A DNA stretch of 64,000 nucleotides from an uncultured Nitrososphaerales archaeon (GTDB lineage: Archaea > Thermoproteota > Nitrososphaeria > Nitrososphaerales > Nitrososphaeraceae): the NCBI GenBank assembly GCA_963841565.1, contig CAWJCY010000003.1, positions 128,001 through 192,000 of the forward strand, given 5' to 3'. Of the stretch, positions 61,186 to 64,000 are shown piece by piece. The notes under the pieces are model-generated. The model did no database searches, had not been told where the DNA came from, and saw only the letters and a list, made by a program, of their open reading frames with translations. Positions within the stretch are counted from its first letter, which is position 1; each line of letters begins with the position of its first letter. The translations under genes and the position numbers were made by a program.

Positions 61186-62049
61186 CTACACATCCACTAG
61201 TTTACTCTCGTCGAACGATTTTGAATTGTACCAATTATATCTAAAAAAATCCAGACACCAGTCATGGAAGAGCCCCTCACGATCAATAGATCCATTACTG
61301 TAGAACATGGAAGTCATGTCGGTTAACCCCTTAGAATTGGGAAAAATTACAGTAGCTTGTTGCTCATTCAAGACCACAGCAACTTGGATCCTGTCGATCA
61401 TTCTCCGTTCAACTTCTCCGCTTTTCAACAAGTCCTGATAGCCGACCTGCTTAAGCAGGTCCATACGCTTCCTAGGAACTAATGCATTTTGAGGTAGAAT
61501 GTAGCTAAATTTTAGTTTCTTACTTTTAATACGGGGCAATATCGTTTCGATGAGTTCCAGCGGAATTTGTGGTAGCATTGCGCATATGTACTCCTCAGAC
61601 TCTTCGTACATCTTTTTCCATCTTTCAATTACGGCAACAAGCCCGTTAACGAACTCACATTTATTAAGAGCCCCTATTCTGTAAATGAACTTCATTGGTA
61701 TATCTCCAGCTATATGTTCCGAAAAGTAGTTCTGGTACGTAGAAAGAAAACTAAATGTCGAAATCTGTCTAATGATGATATTCCCAAAGGTGGAAAGTGA
61801 AAAATTGCCACTTGAATCTTTTTCAATCAGCCCTGCCTCAAATAGTCTGTTTAGATTTCGATGTACCTCTTGCATCGTTACATCCAGATCTCGTGCAAGC
61901 TTGGCCAGCTTTGTCTTCTCATTATGCAATTTGAACAGGATTTGCAACCTGTGTTCGCTTGCAAGTTCAAAGAAAATATGTTCAGTATGTTCATAATCAC
62001 TAATCAATGGAAAATGTTCCTCTCTATCACCGTTTGTACGCATTTTCAT
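61186..62049 (-). CDS. ArsR-type wHTH transcriptional regulator (DUF1724-like C-terminus)
   Basis: FELASEHRLQIL, LARDLDVTMQEVHRNLNRL..GLIEK..LSTFG, FH.WC.D.F.Y.W. Confidence 0.85.
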   Translation of the reverse strand: MKMRTNGDREEHFPLISDYEHTEHIFFELASEHRLQILFKLHNEKTKLAKLARDLDVTMQEVHRNLNRLFEAGLIEKDSSGNFSLSTFGNIIIRQISTFSFLSTYQNYFSEHIAGDIPMKFIYRIGALNKCEFVNGLVAVIERWKKMYEESEEYICAMLPQIPLELIETILPRIKSKKLKFSYILPQNALVPRKRMDLLKQVGYQDLLKSGEVERRMIDRIQVAVVLNEQQATVIFPNSKGLTDMTSMFYSNGSIDREGLFHDWCLDFFRYNWYNSKSFDESKLVDV

Positions 62050-62237
62050 ACTCTATCAACATCTATTTGAACAGGTTTCAAATATTAGTTTCTTTAGACA
62101 ACAATTATCAAAATCTGGGTAATAATTAATCTCTATCAATCCGGACAGAATCGTTTGTACTATCATGACCTATTTTGTTTTTAGACCAGACCCGTGAAGG
62201 GAATAATACGATGCAGTGGGATCTGTCATTTAACCTG

Positions 62238-63474
62238 CTACCTTAGAATCCATGGTAATATGAAAGACACAGCTACTATTGTCACCATCACAAGCGTCAG
62301 GATTAGGGACGCGTTTCGAAAACGGGTGGAGCCTGCACTAACTTTTCTTTCGATTAGTGAGTTGTACAATTGCCCCCCATCGAGTGGACCTATTGGTAAT
62401 GCATTGAAAATGCCTACATTAAAGTTGATGAACCATAACCAAAAAAGGAAATTAGCAATAATTGGAAAGGCGGAGCCGAGCGTGGACGAATATCTGGATG
62501 CCATTAGATCAGAATAAGGCACTGAACCTTCAGCCATAGTGGGTGGGAGAAGAATCGCGATTGGGTTCGACCCGAAGGCACTCTTGTATCGACTAAGAAC
62601 AAATTCAGGATCTGGGGATACGTTAGTGATCGTGACGCCCAGGATACCTGTATTGGGTTGCACACTAGCAGGGATCGAGGCAGTTTTTGTAATTTCCTGA
62701 CCGCTAGTGTCCTTCCATGTTATTGGCACTCTATTACCTAAATTTGATTGAAGAAGCGTACTTAAGTCCTCAATGTGCTTTACCCTGTCCCCTTCGATAT
62801 TCACAATCACATCTCCCTTCTTCATACCAATCGAACTTGCAAGTGAACCATCACCTACAGTCATAATCTTAACTCCATATTGAGCGTCCTCCGGTTGTGG
62901 CAACGGGACGAGTGATGAGACCACTATATAGAGCAAACCAAGAGATAGTCCAGCCACTATCATATTGTTCATGGGACCTGCCGTGAGAATTGCGCTCTTT
63001 TCTTTTAGTTTAGTTCTAGCCAACTCTTCCCTTTCTATATTGACAAATGCTCCAATAGGGATACCCAAAATGAGCACTAATCCGGTAGACTCCACCTTCA
63101 CACCGTACACTCGAGCCTACGATTCCGTGTCCTGCCTCATGAATGATAATAGTTAGTACCAGGGCAATCCAGCCATAAGTCCATGGCAAATAAGGGTTTA
63201 GACCTGGGATAAGGAGGTTTGATTGAGGTCCTATATCCCTAACCCCTTCACGAGCTGCGCCATTGGAAAAGAGAACCATTAAGGAACCTATTATTAGAAA
63301 TACAGCTAGAGCAGTTATGAGAGGCATGAGATAAGTATTAAATCTTGCATAAATCTTGGCGATTTTACTACTTGCTACCTTATCAAAAAAACTTAGTCCA
63401 TACGGTGTATGAATAAGAATTAGTGGAAACTTAATCTCAGCCCGTACCTTGTTGCTTTGTGCTTGGTTTCCCAA
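62238..63474 (-). CDS. Site-2 (M50) membrane metalloprotease with PDZ domain; one extra base near 63116
   Basis: IIHEAGHGIV | ARVYGVKVESTG, GAFV, AGPMNN, PDZ, FNALPIGPLDGG. Confidence 0.9.
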
Positions 63475-63667
63475 CTTCTACTATAACGATATTTGGCTAT
63501 TTAAATGAAGTCATTAGCTTATTAGCTTATGACAGTTCACAACTAATTAGGAAGAAGCGTAAATTATGATATCGAACAATATGTCACTTAATTGTGAAGA
63601 TTATGGAATTTGAACACTAATATATTTAAATCAAAGATAACATTGTGAAACGGAATAGTAAGGATCA

Positions 63668-64000
63668 ATGTCTAGAACAGGAGAAAATCAAAGTCTGACT
63701 GAAAGTAATATCCTTGAAATTGAGAGAAAAAGGCTTTCTGAGCCTCCCATTGATGTTCTGTTTAATCCTTCTCTTATCTTGAAGAAAGATGCTTGGGATA
63801 TCGATGTTGTGTCAATGCTAAAAATGCTGCTGAATATCCTAGAAAGGATCCAAAATAAGGATTTAAGAATTTGTGGTGTTGCAGCCCTATCGTCATCGAT
63901 GATACACCGAATAAAAGTGGAGAGTATTTTCAAATTGCAAACTTTGTCCGAAAAGAAAAACAAACCAATAAGTCATGCGGACGAACTCCCTATAGAGTAT
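63668..64000 (+). CDS. scpA: Segregation/condensation protein A (kleisin), 5' part
   Basis: Manual translation ...PPIDVLFNP..KKDAWDIDVV..L...DLRICGVAALSSSMIHRIKVESI; ScpA N-terminal WdIdi...DLr..g.a...s.l.r.K pattern. Confidence 0.8.
   Translation, partial: MSRTGENQSLTESNILEIERKRLSEPPIDVLFNPSLILKKDAWDIDVVSMLKMLLNILERIQNKDLRICGVAALSSSMIHRIKVESIFKLQTLSEKKNKPISHADELPIEY

Noticed and set aside
2064-63963. Numerous antisense or alternate-frame ORFs in the track (e.g. 13949-14524, 40042-40452, 47712-48101, 63688-63963)
   Set aside because: They shadow well-supported genes and have no motifs of their own
1-64000. CRISPR array, rRNA, IS element or defence island
   Set aside because: No regularly spaced repeats, rRNA signatures, transposases or defence-type genes seen

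Overview
Archaeal chromosomal core region, most consistent with an ammonia-oxidising Nitrososphaerota (Thaumarchaeota), probably Nitrososphaeraceae. This is inferred from DUF6659, an L2-less ribosomal cluster ending at L6, bioABDF, nadACX around S30e and an MCR-like SDR. The window holds a purine cluster with tRNA-Thr, proteasome alpha, the L3-L6 ribosomal protein operon, an F420-LLM/thiolase/DUF35 block, an intron-containing tRNA-Asn, a solitary serine resolvase, biotin, BCAA, NAD, Thr/Trp and menaquinone genes, rpoE/spt4, endA, an aCPSF1 homolog, an M50 protease and the start of scpA. No CRISPR array, rRNA or complete mobile element was seen. Main observations: (1) a Leu-rich uORF with mutually exclusive hairpins coupled to the ilvB start, a candidate archaeal attenuator; (2) an SDR resembling the C-terminal half of Chloroflexus malonyl-CoA reductase, a candidate for a missing HP/HB-cycle step; (3) several Cys/His microproteins under 60 aa missed by the ORF track; (4) nine +1 frameshifts that all sit at GCWGC/AGCT-like motifs, probably methylation-linked base-calling errors; (5) res-like dyads upstream of the resolvase. 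All calls come from reading the sequence and recalling family motifs; no searches were run.
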